Notes under the pieces: generated by a model
What the model was told of the DNA's origin: nothing
Database searches by the model: none
What the model saw: only the letters and a program-made list of their open reading frames with translations
In this document: positions 18,851-28,765 of the stretch, in pieces
How the letters are laid out: each line of letters begins with the position of its first letter
How positions within the stretch are numbered: the first letter of the stretch is position 1
Source of the DNA: a virus
Virus record (IMG/VR): IMGVR_UViG_3300033144_003744
Location: 22,904 to 86,903 of that record
Strand: one strand, 5' to 3'
DNA length: 64,000 nt
Program-made: the position numbers and the translations under genes

Positions 18851-19216
18851 TTATTTCATATCTTCAAGTATTTCATCCCAACAACTTTCCATAAATTCAT
18901 CCCATATTTTATAAGGTTCTGGAATACCATTGGCACTATTAATATATTGTATCTCCTGACCAGTATCTCTATTATAAATCCAAAAATGAGACTTTTTAAC
19001 AGACAATCGGTAGGTTATATTAGTTCCTTTAAAAACCATGTTATGTCTTTTGCTGTCATTTTTAAGAGTAGGAGTTAATTCAACCAAAGGAATATCATTC
19101 TTTAATAGTTGTTTAACATCCTCAAATAATACCCAATTACCCTTTATATATGGTTGTAGTCCATAATTTGATGGTGTGTTATCAAGTTCATATCTTTTTA
19201 AATCTTTTAATTCCAT
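18851..19216 (-). CDS. hypothetical protein with GxWVxFEDxKQL motif
   Basis: motif shared with 19219..19431. Confidence 0.55.
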   Translation of the reverse strand: MELKDLKRYELDNTPSNYGLQPYIKGNWVLFEDVKQLLKNDIPLVELTPTLKNDSKRHNMVFKGTNITYRLSVKKSHFWIYNRDTGQEIQYINSANGIPEPYKIWDEFMESCWDEILEDMK

Positions 19217-19218
19217 AA

Positions 19219-19431
19219 TTAATCCTCCCTAAATAACTGTTTAATATCTTCAAACTTTACCCATTTACCACTTGGTATTGGAGTAACTAAATTACTTGTT
19301 ATTACACTATGTCTTTCTAAATTCTTTAAAAATTGTTTAATATCCTTTACCTTTATCCATTCACCAGACGAAACACCAGAAATATAACCATCTGGTCTTA
19401 TATGATATCTTTGCACATGGTCGCTATTCAT
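19219..19431 (-). CDS. hypothetical protein with two GxWxKxxDIKQ repeats
   Basis: internal duplication. Confidence 0.55.
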   Translation of the reverse strand: MNSDHVQRYHIRPDGYISGVSSGEWIKVKDIKQFLKNLERHSVITSNLVTPIPSGKWVKFEDIKQLFRED

Positions 19432-19726
19432 TTCTTAACACCCCTAAATTATTCCTATTTCAAGTATATTATCTATAATTTCTAATGCATATTGATGTTC
19501 GTTATCATCATTATGTTGTTCATCTTCTTTTAAAAGAATAATTAAAGTCTCTAAAATATCTTCCTGGTCTCTATTAAGTTTCATTTTTTAACACATCATT
19601 ATCTTCAAGCATCTTTTCTATCATTTCAATCGCAATATCATTGCCTGATGAACCTTCCTCAATTAAATGTTCCTGTAGTATTCTTAATACAATTCTTTGG
19701 TTAATTCCTAACATCATTTTACTCAC

Positions 19727-19972
19727 CTATTCTATATGACAATAATCTGGTTTATCACAGCATTCTATAGTTTTATTAAATAAATCCAAACTAGACATTA
19801 TAATTTTTCCTTTGTCCGTAAAAATATTTTCACGTATATTAACTAAATTGTATGTAATTTCTCTAAAATCATACAATATAATATTTCCACAGTTTAAACA
19901 TTCTACTGCATCCATTATTACCACTTCTTTTAAATGTATTGTTCGTTTAGCCATTCCATCATTTCTTGACAA
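19727..19972 (-). CDS. hypothetical Cys-containing protein
   Basis: CLNCG...CCDKPDY. Confidence 0.55.
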   Translation of the reverse strand: MSRNDGMAKRTIHLKEVVIMDAVECLNCGNIILYDFREITYNLVNIRENIFTDKGKIIMSSLDLFNKTIECCDKPDYCHIE

Positions 19973-20751
19973 TAGTCTCCATCATCATTACATTCATCTT
20001 CAAAAGGACAATATTGTTGATCACATTTAGTATTTTCTATTAATGCCCTTATCCTGTCAATCATTATATTCTGATAAGTCATGTTGATCACCTTTAATAA
20101 TCTATCTCGTGTATTCTATAGCACATTAGGTATATGCCTTCATGGAAATTGTTTTCATTATGTAAATCCACATTTTTTGCATTCTTGATTTTCTTTATAA
20201 AATGGTAATTCTAACATAAGATTATTCATATTATCTATTTGTTCCTGGGTTATGTTAGTCATTGGATACCAATCCCTTTATCATATCTTCCACATCATCA
20301 AACATAAGGTATTCCCCACATTTAGATTTATCTATGTAAAGGTCATAATCTCCAAATAAATCATATTTTTGAAGTTTGTTTAATTCTTTTATTAATTCAT
20401 TACTATCTAATTTAATCATTATATATAACTCCCTTTTAAACGCTCTGTATTCAATCTTCTGTCCTGGTCTATATCAATACATGTGATTAGGTATAAAGTT
20501 TAATCTATGGGGTTTAAATTCAATCCTCATTAATTTATAGTACTTATCAATAGTTAGAATTATTACAGCAACGTTATAATCCAAATAAGTATTACCCCAG
20601 TTAAAAAACCATCTATTACTCCTTCTGTATATGTTTTCATATTCATCACTCCTGAATTCTATTTAGATAGTACTCTTCAATACATTGTTCACATTCTGAT
20701 TTATCTTCACATTCGCATCCATCGCAAAAACTTTCCATAGTAATCACCTTA

Positions 20752-20955
20752 TTAATATTCTGCTAATGTTATACCATCTTTAATTGCTTTAACTGTGGTG
20801 TGATTCCAGTTGTATAATTCTGTATCATATCCAAGATTAAGGATAGCTTCGAATGCATTATCACCCATAGACATTAAAAAGTTTTCGACAGCTATCTTCT
20901 TAACACTTTTACCGGATGCAAGTTTGTTTATTTCTGGTATTGTTAATTGTCTCAT
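20752..20955 (-). CDS. hypothetical protein
   Basis: 67 aa ORF, GTGA RBS. Confidence 0.6.
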   Translation of the reverse strand: MRQLTIPEINKLASGKSVKKIAVENFLMSMGDNAFEAILNLGYDTELYNWNHTTVKAIKDGITLAEY

Positions 20956-21108
20956 AATATCACTTCCTATATAACTTTATTTGTTTAGCTATATGTAAAT
21001 TGCATTGTTCGCATCCATTTTTAGAAGTGCATAATGTCCAATCTGTCATGTCATGACATCTTTGTAATAAATATTCACATAATGGTTTAAGTTCTTTATT
21101 ATTCATTT

Positions 21109-21468
21109 TTACACTTCCATAACATTTTCATCCCATTCGCCTAAATGAAAATGGAAATAAAAATTACAATTAAAATAATCTGTTTGTGGATCCGATTTAT
21201 CCCAATGATATTTATTGACAATATCAAGAACTTTTTTAAGTTCAATTAAAATTTCATCTGTTAAATATTCTTTATAATAGTCACTATCTAAATGATATTG
21301 ATTTAATTGATAATTAACACCTGGCTTTTTATAAACTTTCATAGGTGCCCTTAAAACTTTAATAGTAATTGAACTACCCATTGAAAAATATTCGGTTCTA
21401 ACTGAAAATTTAAAGCCCTTTATTAACTTTAAATCATTTCTTATTTGTTTGGCTATTTCTTTTGTCAT
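21109..21468 (-). CDS. LPD29-like (large polyvalent protein-associated) domain protein
   Basis: AKQIRNDLK..FKFSVR..SMGSSI...SDPQTDYFNCNFY. Confidence 0.7.
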   Translation of the reverse strand: MTKEIAKQIRNDLKLIKGFKFSVRTEYFSMGSSITIKVLRAPMKVYKKPGVNYQLNQYHLDSDYYKEYLTDEILIELKKVLDIVNKYHWDKSDPQTDYFNCNFYFHFHLGEWDENVMEV

Positions 21469-21813
21469 TATAATCGTCTCTTTAATTCAAGTAAATACAT
21501 TAGTTCATTACATATGTCTTTATTATCTCTAAATGGACAAACACAACAATTTATATCTTTACATCCATAAGGTAATAATCTTTTAATTTCTGTTTGTGTT
21601 AATTTATATACTGTTGTCATCATTATCACCACTTATAAATCTCTCTCTTCTAAAAATAATTCCATATTATTTACTTCCCTTCCATCAATACAATTATCTA
21701 TATCTTCAAAGTCTAAATTTTTACATTGATTATAACATTCACAGTTAAGACAAACATTATAAAGAAATCCATCATATATTTCATCATCAATTATCATTAT
21801 TATCACCAGAATA

Positions 21814-22023
21814 TTATATTAATTCCTTATTAATTAAAAAGTTTTTTAGTTCATGATTCAATTTTTCTATGGGAATTTTTACAGTACTCCAATGAGGACT
21901 ATGATTATAAATAGTGGTGCCAAATTGCGGTACAAATACACTACCATTGGATATTTTTATAGCATATCCTTTATAACTTATTGTTGTTGATATAATATTT
22001 ACATCATTCATTATTATCACCAA
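21814..22023 (-). CDS. hypothetical protein
   Basis: ORF with GGTGATAATAATG initiation box. Confidence 0.55.
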   Translation of the reverse strand: MVIIMNDVNIISTTISYKGYAIKISNGSVFVPQFGTTIYNHSPHWSTVKIPIEKLNHELKNFLINKELI

Positions 22024-22511
22024 TTCTTAACATATACCAATTTCTTATTCTCATCATAAACATTAGAACACTGACCACATGATTCTCTATTCATATTTTT
22101 TGTCTTCTTAGCTAATTGATGTTTATAACCACATGCCGGACAGACCGCAGTATATTTTTTGGGGGATTGTTTTAAATCATTAAATATTTTCCATGTGTGA
22201 TTATAAGGAAGTCCCATGCGCCGACATTCTGCGGTAAATCCATATCCATGATTAGGATGTTTCAAATGTGCGACTTCATGTTTTATTAATGCTGTTAAAA
22301 CATCAATGCGCCAGTCATTACACTCTATAAACTGTTTTGATAGTTCAATATGGTTTCTATTATCACCATAAGAATATCTTATACATCGTCCTGCAATTGC
22401 TTTAAGTCTTCCATTAAGACTTATAGGCACCGGTTTATATCCGTATTCATTACAGACATTTAAATGTATATCTTCCATTTGTTTAATAAGTTCTGGGGTT
22501 GTATTGATCAT
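22017..22511 (-). CDS. SprT-like zinc metalloprotease
   Basis: AGRC, HEVAH, HGYGF, C-terminal CPACG...CGQC. Confidence 0.85.
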   Translation of the reverse strand: MINTTPELIKQMEDIHLNVCNEYGYKPVPISLNGRLKAIAGRCIRYSYGDNRNHIELSKQFIECNDWRIDVLTALIKHEVAHLKHPNHGYGFTAECRRMGLPYNHTWKIFNDLKQSPKKYTAVCPACGYKHQLAKKTKNMNRESCGQCSNVYDENKKLVYVKNW

Positions 22512-22913
22512 TATTATCACCAATAATTTGTTATTGCTTTACTATATGCTTTAACAGCGTCATAAGTTGAACAAAAAATAATTTTTAGTGTTCCATCATT
22601 AGGATTTAATCTGATTAATTCTTTTCTTAAATTACATTCTAAATAATAACTTTGTTCAATATTCATAATATCACCTATCTTTTAAATTTATCCTAAATAT
22701 TTTACGCCTAATAGATTTAACTAAATAGACTTTATAAAAAATTAGAAGAGAATAAAATTTTATTCATTTAAAAACTGTTTAACTATTTTTCTCCTTCTAT
22801 CAAAGGAAATATCATGCCATGATTTCCCATATGTATTACATATAATATTTGTAACCATTACATATTGTTCATTAGATACCTCAGTATCCATTATATTTGT
22901 CATATTATCAACC

Positions 22914-23552
22914 TCAGTGCAAATTAAATACTACATTCTCATTACCCTTAAAACACCTTAAACATTTATCGCACGTCATTTTAGTATGATCACCAGTAGT
23001 CGCAGGACATACAAAAGAATTATTGATTCTATCGTCAGATTCAATGTAAGCATACTTAACATTCTTAGGCTTTTCTTTTGGAAGTTTACAATCTGGTTCA
23101 ATACTGAAATAAAGTTTAAGATTTTTAGGTATGTTGTTAAACTTTAGATAGTCGTGTGTACTTCTATTATTATAACTTTTTGTATAAGCCAAAAATGTTG
23201 TATTTGGAAATTCATTTATAATTTTAAACCATGCATTTATATAATCTTGGCTAAAAAAATCACCGGAACTATGAAGCCTAAAATATTTAGGACTATAGAT
23301 AGTCAGAAAATCCCGCATTTCATGCTTAAACGTATCTAAATCATGAATACATACATGTAGGTTAGTATCCCATGCCCTTTTAGTTCCTGGATATTGTCTA
23401 TAACTCTTAAGAGCATAACAATACTTCTTACATTCAGAACAATTTAAACATGATTTAACCGGTGTTAAATTAAACTGTGGGATAGTACCAAGTTTAGAAT
23501 TACCCAATGATATTCTAATACTTAGATTTTTATGAAAATTAGCTTTATTCAT
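22914..23552 (-). CDS. GP88-family (radical-SAM-related) protein
   Basis: GNSKLG, C..C..C...CYA, FRLHSSGDF, AYTK, C-terminal CP...CxxCxxC. Confidence 0.8.
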   Translation of the reverse strand: MNKANFHKNLSIRISLGNSKLGTIPQFNLTPVKSCLNCSECKKYCYALKSYRQYPGTKRAWDTNLHVCIHDLDTFKHEMRDFLTIYSPKYFRLHSSGDFFSQDYINAWFKIINEFPNTTFLAYTKSYNNRSTHDYLKFNNIPKNLKLYFSIEPDCKLPKEKPKNVKYAYIESDDRINNSFVCPATTGDHTKMTCDKCLRCFKGNENVVFNLH

Positions 23553-23680
23553 AATGAAGCACCTCATCATAATAATCATCAACGTCATGATCAGAAATGT
23601 TAAACATTTCATAACATTCTATATCTAATACTGCCGCAATATCTTCCATCCTACTAAATGTTTTTTTATCTGTCATAATA

Positions 23681-24010
23681 TCACCCCTCCATTTTAACAA
23701 TAACTTTTTTAACTTCATCAAGATTATCAAATGTCATAAAAACAATTGTCATTTTTTGATTTTCAGATAATGAAGATTTTTTTAATAATTCGTTACGTTG
23801 TCGTTCAAGTGTAACGTGCGAGTGCAAAGATAATCCATAACTATATAAAAAATCGTCCGGTATTGGTTTTAATGATACCACTGTATGTTTACCGGCATTT
23901 GATTTTTTATCTTCATTAGAAGATTTTATTATCCATGCATCGACCTCATAAGTTGGAATACCCCATAAGTCCTTTGTTGATTGATATATCGAATATCTAT
24001 ATTCATTCAT
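23681..24010 (-). CDS. hypothetical protein
   Basis: 109 aa, GGTGA RBS. Confidence 0.55.
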   Translation of the reverse strand: MNEYRYSIYQSTKDLWGIPTYEVDAWIIKSSNEDKKSNAGKHTVVSLKPIPDDFLYSYGLSLHSHVTLERQRNELLKKSSLSENQKMTIVFMTFDNLDEVKKVIVKMEG

Positions 24011-24247
24011 GATTGATCACCTATGTATAAAATTACTACCTAATCTTTTCTTAGCTGCATCAATTCTTTTATCATGCCTTTTCAGTTTTGAAAAATGTCC
24101 CATACCCATTTTAAACACCACCAGAATTTAAAGCTATATATACAACAATTCCCCATAATGATATCATACATAATACACATAATCCACATACAATTTTTTG
24201 CATTATACTCATAATATATCCTCCGATTAATTTATACTTAAATTTAA

Positions 24248-24469
24248 TTATTCTATTGGTCCATATGCAGATTCAATAATTTCATAACATCTATCACAAT
24301 CTAAAGTACTTCCTTCCAAATAATAATCAAATACATAATCATTATATTCATTTACATTTAAACCCCTTGCGCATATTTCACACAATACTTCATTTGTTTT
24401 TTTATGCACAAAAATTAAGGGGTATGCATGTTCATGATCAAATATATCTACTGGTATTTCATTTATCAT
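24248..24469 (-). CDS. small Zn-finger protein, first gene after the hammerhead
   Basis: LCEICA...CDRCYEIIESAYG; GGAGG RBS. Confidence 0.65.
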   Translation of the reverse strand: MINEIPVDIFDHEHAYPLIFVHKKTNEVLCEICARGLNVNEYNDYVFDYYLEGSTLDCDRCYEIIESAYGPIE

Positions 24470-24485
24470 AATATTAGTCCTCCGA

Positions 24486-24545
24486 TATTTTTGTTTCGAC
24501 TTAATAAAGTCTCATCAGTAATGGTTTAACCATTAGACAAAAATA
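24486..24545 (-). ncRNA. type III hammerhead ribozyme
   Basis: UAUUUUUG-UC-UAAUGG(UUAAA)CCAUUA-CUGAUGA-GACUU(UAUU)AAGUC-GAAA-CAAAAAUA; complete core and three perfect stems. Confidence 0.93.
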
Positions 24546-24909
24546 ACCACATTAAACACCTAAAGGCTTTTCAAACCTTCGAAATGTTGGGCCTCTTTAT
24601 TTGCTTGTGATCATTCCACCCACCAGAGATTCAAAGGATTGTAGGAAATCCCTTGTACACAGGCTTAGAGACATTCGTATTACCTCATGACAATTCTAAG
24701 CGTCTATGTGTTGAGAGTATAAAGTGGAACTCATACCTACCTATGTATGTGTACATACTTTTAACTTCACTGCAATTTTTAGCCTGTCTTATTATCACCT
24801 GATTCTGATTACTTCGCAAATTTTTGAGTTCGTGTGTGTGTAGCCCTATCGGCACCGGTTAGGCACCTGGTTTTATCCCCTTACTTTGGGATACATTACA
24901 ATTGATTCC

Positions 24910-24925
24910 TAAGTATATATACTTA
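24910..24925. promoter_or_regulatory. perfect 16-bp palindrome containing a TATA box; likely promoter of the leftward early transcript
   Basis: TAAGTATATATACTTA. Confidence 0.55.
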
Positions 24926-25289
24926 TCGGTAGTAAAAACGATAGCAATAGATGCAGTTAAAAGAAAAAGAAAAAGTAAATCATATATGTAGTGCCCACAG
25001 TCTACCGATAGCGTTTTTATTAGACCTGGCCGTGCCCATGAAAACAGTATAAAAAAATTATCAAAAACAAGGTTTCATACTGTGAACTTGAATTGAAATA
25101 AATTTATGGGATACATTTAAATATTTAGTTAAGAATATTTAGAAAATGGTAAAAAATAAATAGCTTCTACCCAAAAAATTAGGGGGAGTATTTTAAACAC
25201 TATAATGTATTAAACTAACGATTTTTATTTTTTAAAATTTTTTAAAATATTTATACTATACAATAATTCTTTAAATGTAACCCAACACC

Positions 25290-25320
25290 TTTAAATACGA
25301 TAAGCACGTATTAAGTGTAT
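25290..25320 (+). promoter_or_regulatory. TATA promoter of the rightward unit with the shared 26-bp element
   Basis: TTTAAATACGATAAGCACGTATTAAGTGTAT running into an ATG at 25319. Confidence 0.65.
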
Positions 25321-25799
25321 GGATTATGAAGCATCAGATTCATATACTTATGATTATAGTATAGATAAACCATTTAAAGATAAAATGGGAAATGTATATG
25401 GAGTAATGGATGAATCTTATTTACTTCTAAATGTAACAAAGAAAGATTCTTTAAAACTGGAGATTACTTATGAATGAAATAGATAATAGAGACGAAGAAT
25501 TAATAGATGACTTTATGAAATGTATGATGTACTGATAGAGTTGGGATAATTATGATACAAGAATTTCTCACAATACCGTTTAATTTATATGATTGTATAA
25601 GACATCCAGAAAGATATCCTGAACTGTGTGAAGATATGTTAACTTTGGAGATTACTTATGAATAGAGATGAAATGACTAAAGATTTATCACAACAGATTT
25701 TAAAGGTGTTAGTTTATGGTAGTACTTTAGATCCAGATGATGTTGTATTTATAGATTATACAGATTTTGATAAAGATTCTATGGAGTTAAAGATTACTT

Positions 25800-26211
25800 A
25801 TGAATGAAATAACAGAAGAGGAATTTTATAATTTCCTATACACACAAAATATTATAACAGATCTTATAGAAGAAAAGACTAAAGAACTGTCTATTATTTT
25901 ATATAATAGATTACCTGAAGGTGAAATGTGTGATGTCGATATATTTGAATCTGAATTTAGGTCGAGATGTATTTTTGTTGAATTTGAAGAATATAGATAT
26001 GGTGAATCTAATAGAGATCAATTTGAACTTCCAATAAGATTTTTATATGATTCTGATTATCCTGCTGTTTATAAAGAAGAACATGAAGAAAAAAAAGATT
26101 ACAGCAAATAAAAAGAAAGAAGTTAAACGTAAAAAGGAAGAGTATGAAAAACTTTATCTTGAAAATTTTGAAAGAGATGAATATAATAGGTTGAGAAAGA
26201 AATATGAATAG
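25800..26211 (+). CDS. hypothetical protein interrupted by a frameshift in an A8 run
   Basis: frame 0 stops at 26111; +1 frame continues with charged coil to TAG 26211, overlapping the next ATG. Confidence 0.55.
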
Positions 26212-26521
26212 ACTATTAAAATTTTATCATAGATACCAAAATCAACGTAGGATTCATACTTGGGCTTCTTTTTGGATAGTTGTTAAAATGGCTTGGGCTC
26301 AATCTGGTAGAACAAGAGGTTATGATTCCAGTGTAGTTTGTTATAAAGATATTAACACGTATGATTGCTCACCAGTTTCTATAGGGATTGCTTTAAATTC
26401 ATGTAAGAAAAATGAGTATACAACAGTTATATTTTCCTGTAATCATGAATATGAATATTCTAATGGTATAAGAAAATGTTTGAACTGTGGTAAAGAGAAT
26501 AGATATTATTTAAAAATTTAG
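26204..26521 (+). CDS. hypothetical protein with C-terminal Zn ribbon
   Basis: CNHEY...CLNCG. Confidence 0.55.
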   Translation: MNRLLKFYHRYQNQRRIHTWASFWIVVKMAWAQSGRTRGYDSSVVCYKDINTYDCSPVSIGIALNSCKKNEYTTVIFSCNHEYEYSNGIRKCLNCGKENRYYLKI

Positions 26522-27568
26522 AGGTGTGGGTATGTTTAGATTTAATATAGATGATTTAAAAGAAGTGCAATTTGAGTTAAATGGACTGATTGAAAGGATA
26601 GAACGTGTAAATAATAACAGTGAAATTATAGGTCAGAAAATGATAGATTCTGGTATTCCAGAAGAATATCTAATTAAAATAGTTGGAATTATAGCACAGG
26701 AACTTTATGAATAAATCTAATAGAGATAAATTAAAATCTTTAACAGATGAAGAATATAAATATCTTATGGATTCATTAGAAGAGAATGAAGAGTTGATGG
26801 TTAGTTTATCTAATGTAACTTTGGTGCATAAAAATGTATAAAATAGAACTTTTAACAGAAGATAACCGTATGCTTATGAAGCATGAAAACTTTGTAAAGT
26901 TTGTAGAAGGTCAAAGATTACAAGTTTTTGATGAGAGAGGTGAAACGGTGTATGCTGTTTATAATGGAATCATAGTGGAGAGGATTGAATGATTACACAA
27001 AGGATTATGAGTTTTATGTATGATATAACTCCATTTGTTATTATTTTTTCTGTAATGTAGGTGAATAAATGTTTAAAGTAGAAATGAATTCGATAAAAAT
27101 GACAGTATGGATGGAAAAAGAGGAGTTTAAAAACTTTATGAATGATAATTTATTATCCGTTTTTACAGATGGTGAATTGATATTTACGATGTATAATGGC
27201 TTTGTAATTGGATGTATAAGGCATGATAAAAAAATTACAAATATTAAATGTATTAACTGAAATAGGTTGGGGCTTATTTGTTATGTTTCCAGCAATGGTT
27301 ATAATTATAAGTCCTTCTTTATAATTGGTGATAATATAATATCTTATCCAATAGCATTAATATATGTTGGGTTAATTGGAATTTCTATATATATTACACA
27401 AAATCTATGGTGTTTATTAGCATTATTTTTTGCACCAAGTGTAAGTATAGGTAATTAATATGAAAGATAAAATAGAATGGAAAGGAATGATGATTCCAGA
27501 TAAAGATTGTTTTAGGGAAGAAAAGAAATGTACACCAGATTGTCCTTCATATGATATGGGGTGGTTAT

Positions 27569-28201
27569 ATGATTGAATTGTGGAAAACACAAGTCGGTTC
27601 TCATCTTTGGAAGATGAATCACGAAGGTAGTGATAATGATTATTTTGTTGTGCATATTGCTCCCTCTGAAGATATTTTAAATGGTAGTATTACTAGGTTG
27701 AGTTCCAAGGTTATGAAGATTAAAGGGGATGATTTTGTATCTCATGAAGTTGGAAGGGTTGTAGATGAGCTTATTAAAGGTAATATTAACTTTTTAACTG
27801 GTATTATGTCTGATATTATTGTATATGATAGGTCTTGTTATCTGTATGAATTGAGGGATTTAGTTAAAGAGTATGGACAGACTAAAGCTTGTGTACATAG
27901 TATTAAGGGTCTAGCGATGCATAATTATAAAAAATATGTTTTAGGCAATAAAAATGATCCAATGATTAGTAAAAGATGTGGAATTATTAATAGAAGTTTA
28001 TTATTTGGTATTAATTTATTAAGTGGCGAAGGATTTAAGTTTAATCCAGTAATAAACCCAACACCGAAAAATACATGTTATCTATTTAAAGGATTTGAAT
28101 ATGCAGTTAAAAATAGTTCATTCCCAGAAAAAATAAATTCCGAACCATTTAGAGATTGGTTGTATAATCTTAGATTAGATGAACTTAATGAAAAGATATA
28201 A
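27569..28201 (+). CDS. Pol-beta-family nucleotidyltransferase (PF10127/RlaP-like)
   Basis: VGSHLWKMNHEGSDND(Y), HEV..ELIKGNIN. Confidence 0.8.
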   Translation: MIELWKTQVGSHLWKMNHEGSDNDYFVVHIAPSEDILNGSITRLSSKVMKIKGDDFVSHEVGRVVDELIKGNINFLTGIMSDIIVYDRSCYLYELRDLVKEYGQTKACVHSIKGLAMHNYKKYVLGNKNDPMISKRCGIINRSLLFGINLLSGEGFKFNPVINPTPKNTCYLFKGFEYAVKNSSFPEKINSEPFRDWLYNLRLDELNEKI

Positions 28202-28265
28202 GTGTACATTAATTAGTTTATATAAACTAATATAACAAAAATATACAAATAAGTTGGTTATATAA

Positions 28266-28604
28266 ATGAATTTTATTACTAAAATAGAACTCAAATCAAA
28301 TCATGATAACACCATCTATTCTAAAGAAGCAATAGATAGTATTTTTGAACAGGCAAAAACCACTATAGTTAATATTGGTACATCTAATATTACTATAGGT
28401 AAAATAGAAAGTACCGATATTAATAATTATACAATGTCATTAAATATGAATATAAATCCAGATATTTTAAATATAGAATATGATATTCAACCCGGTGGAT
28501 ATATAATAAAATGTCACAAAGAAGGGGATATAACAATAATTGATGAAATAGATTTACAATATATGTCTTTAATGCCAATAGAAAGTAAAGGAGAAATAAA
28601 ATGA
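28266..28604 (+). CDS. hypothetical protein, possibly prohead-protease-like fold
   Basis: N..IYSKEA, IGK, PGG, LQYMSLMP. Confidence 0.4.
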   Translation: MNFITKIELKSNHDNTIYSKEAIDSIFEQAKTTIVNIGTSNITIGKIESTDINNYTMSLNMNINPDILNIEYDIQPGGYIIKCHKEGDITIIDEIDLQYMSLMPIESKGEIK

Positions 28605-28765
28605 TATACTTTATAACTGGAGAAATACTACCAAATAAGCTGACAAACTACACTGATGGATTACCTGATGGAATGTATAGTATACTCGACCCAATACATA
28701 ATCCAATAGAAAGTCCCATTGAGAGTCCTGTAGAGAGCCCTATATCTAATGGAGGAGTTATATAA

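Noticed and set aside
25061-25080. AAAACAAGGTTTCATAC resembling the end of a methanogen CRISPR repeat
   Set aside because: Single copy with several mismatches and no spacer-repeat periodicity; I saw no CRISPR array in the window.
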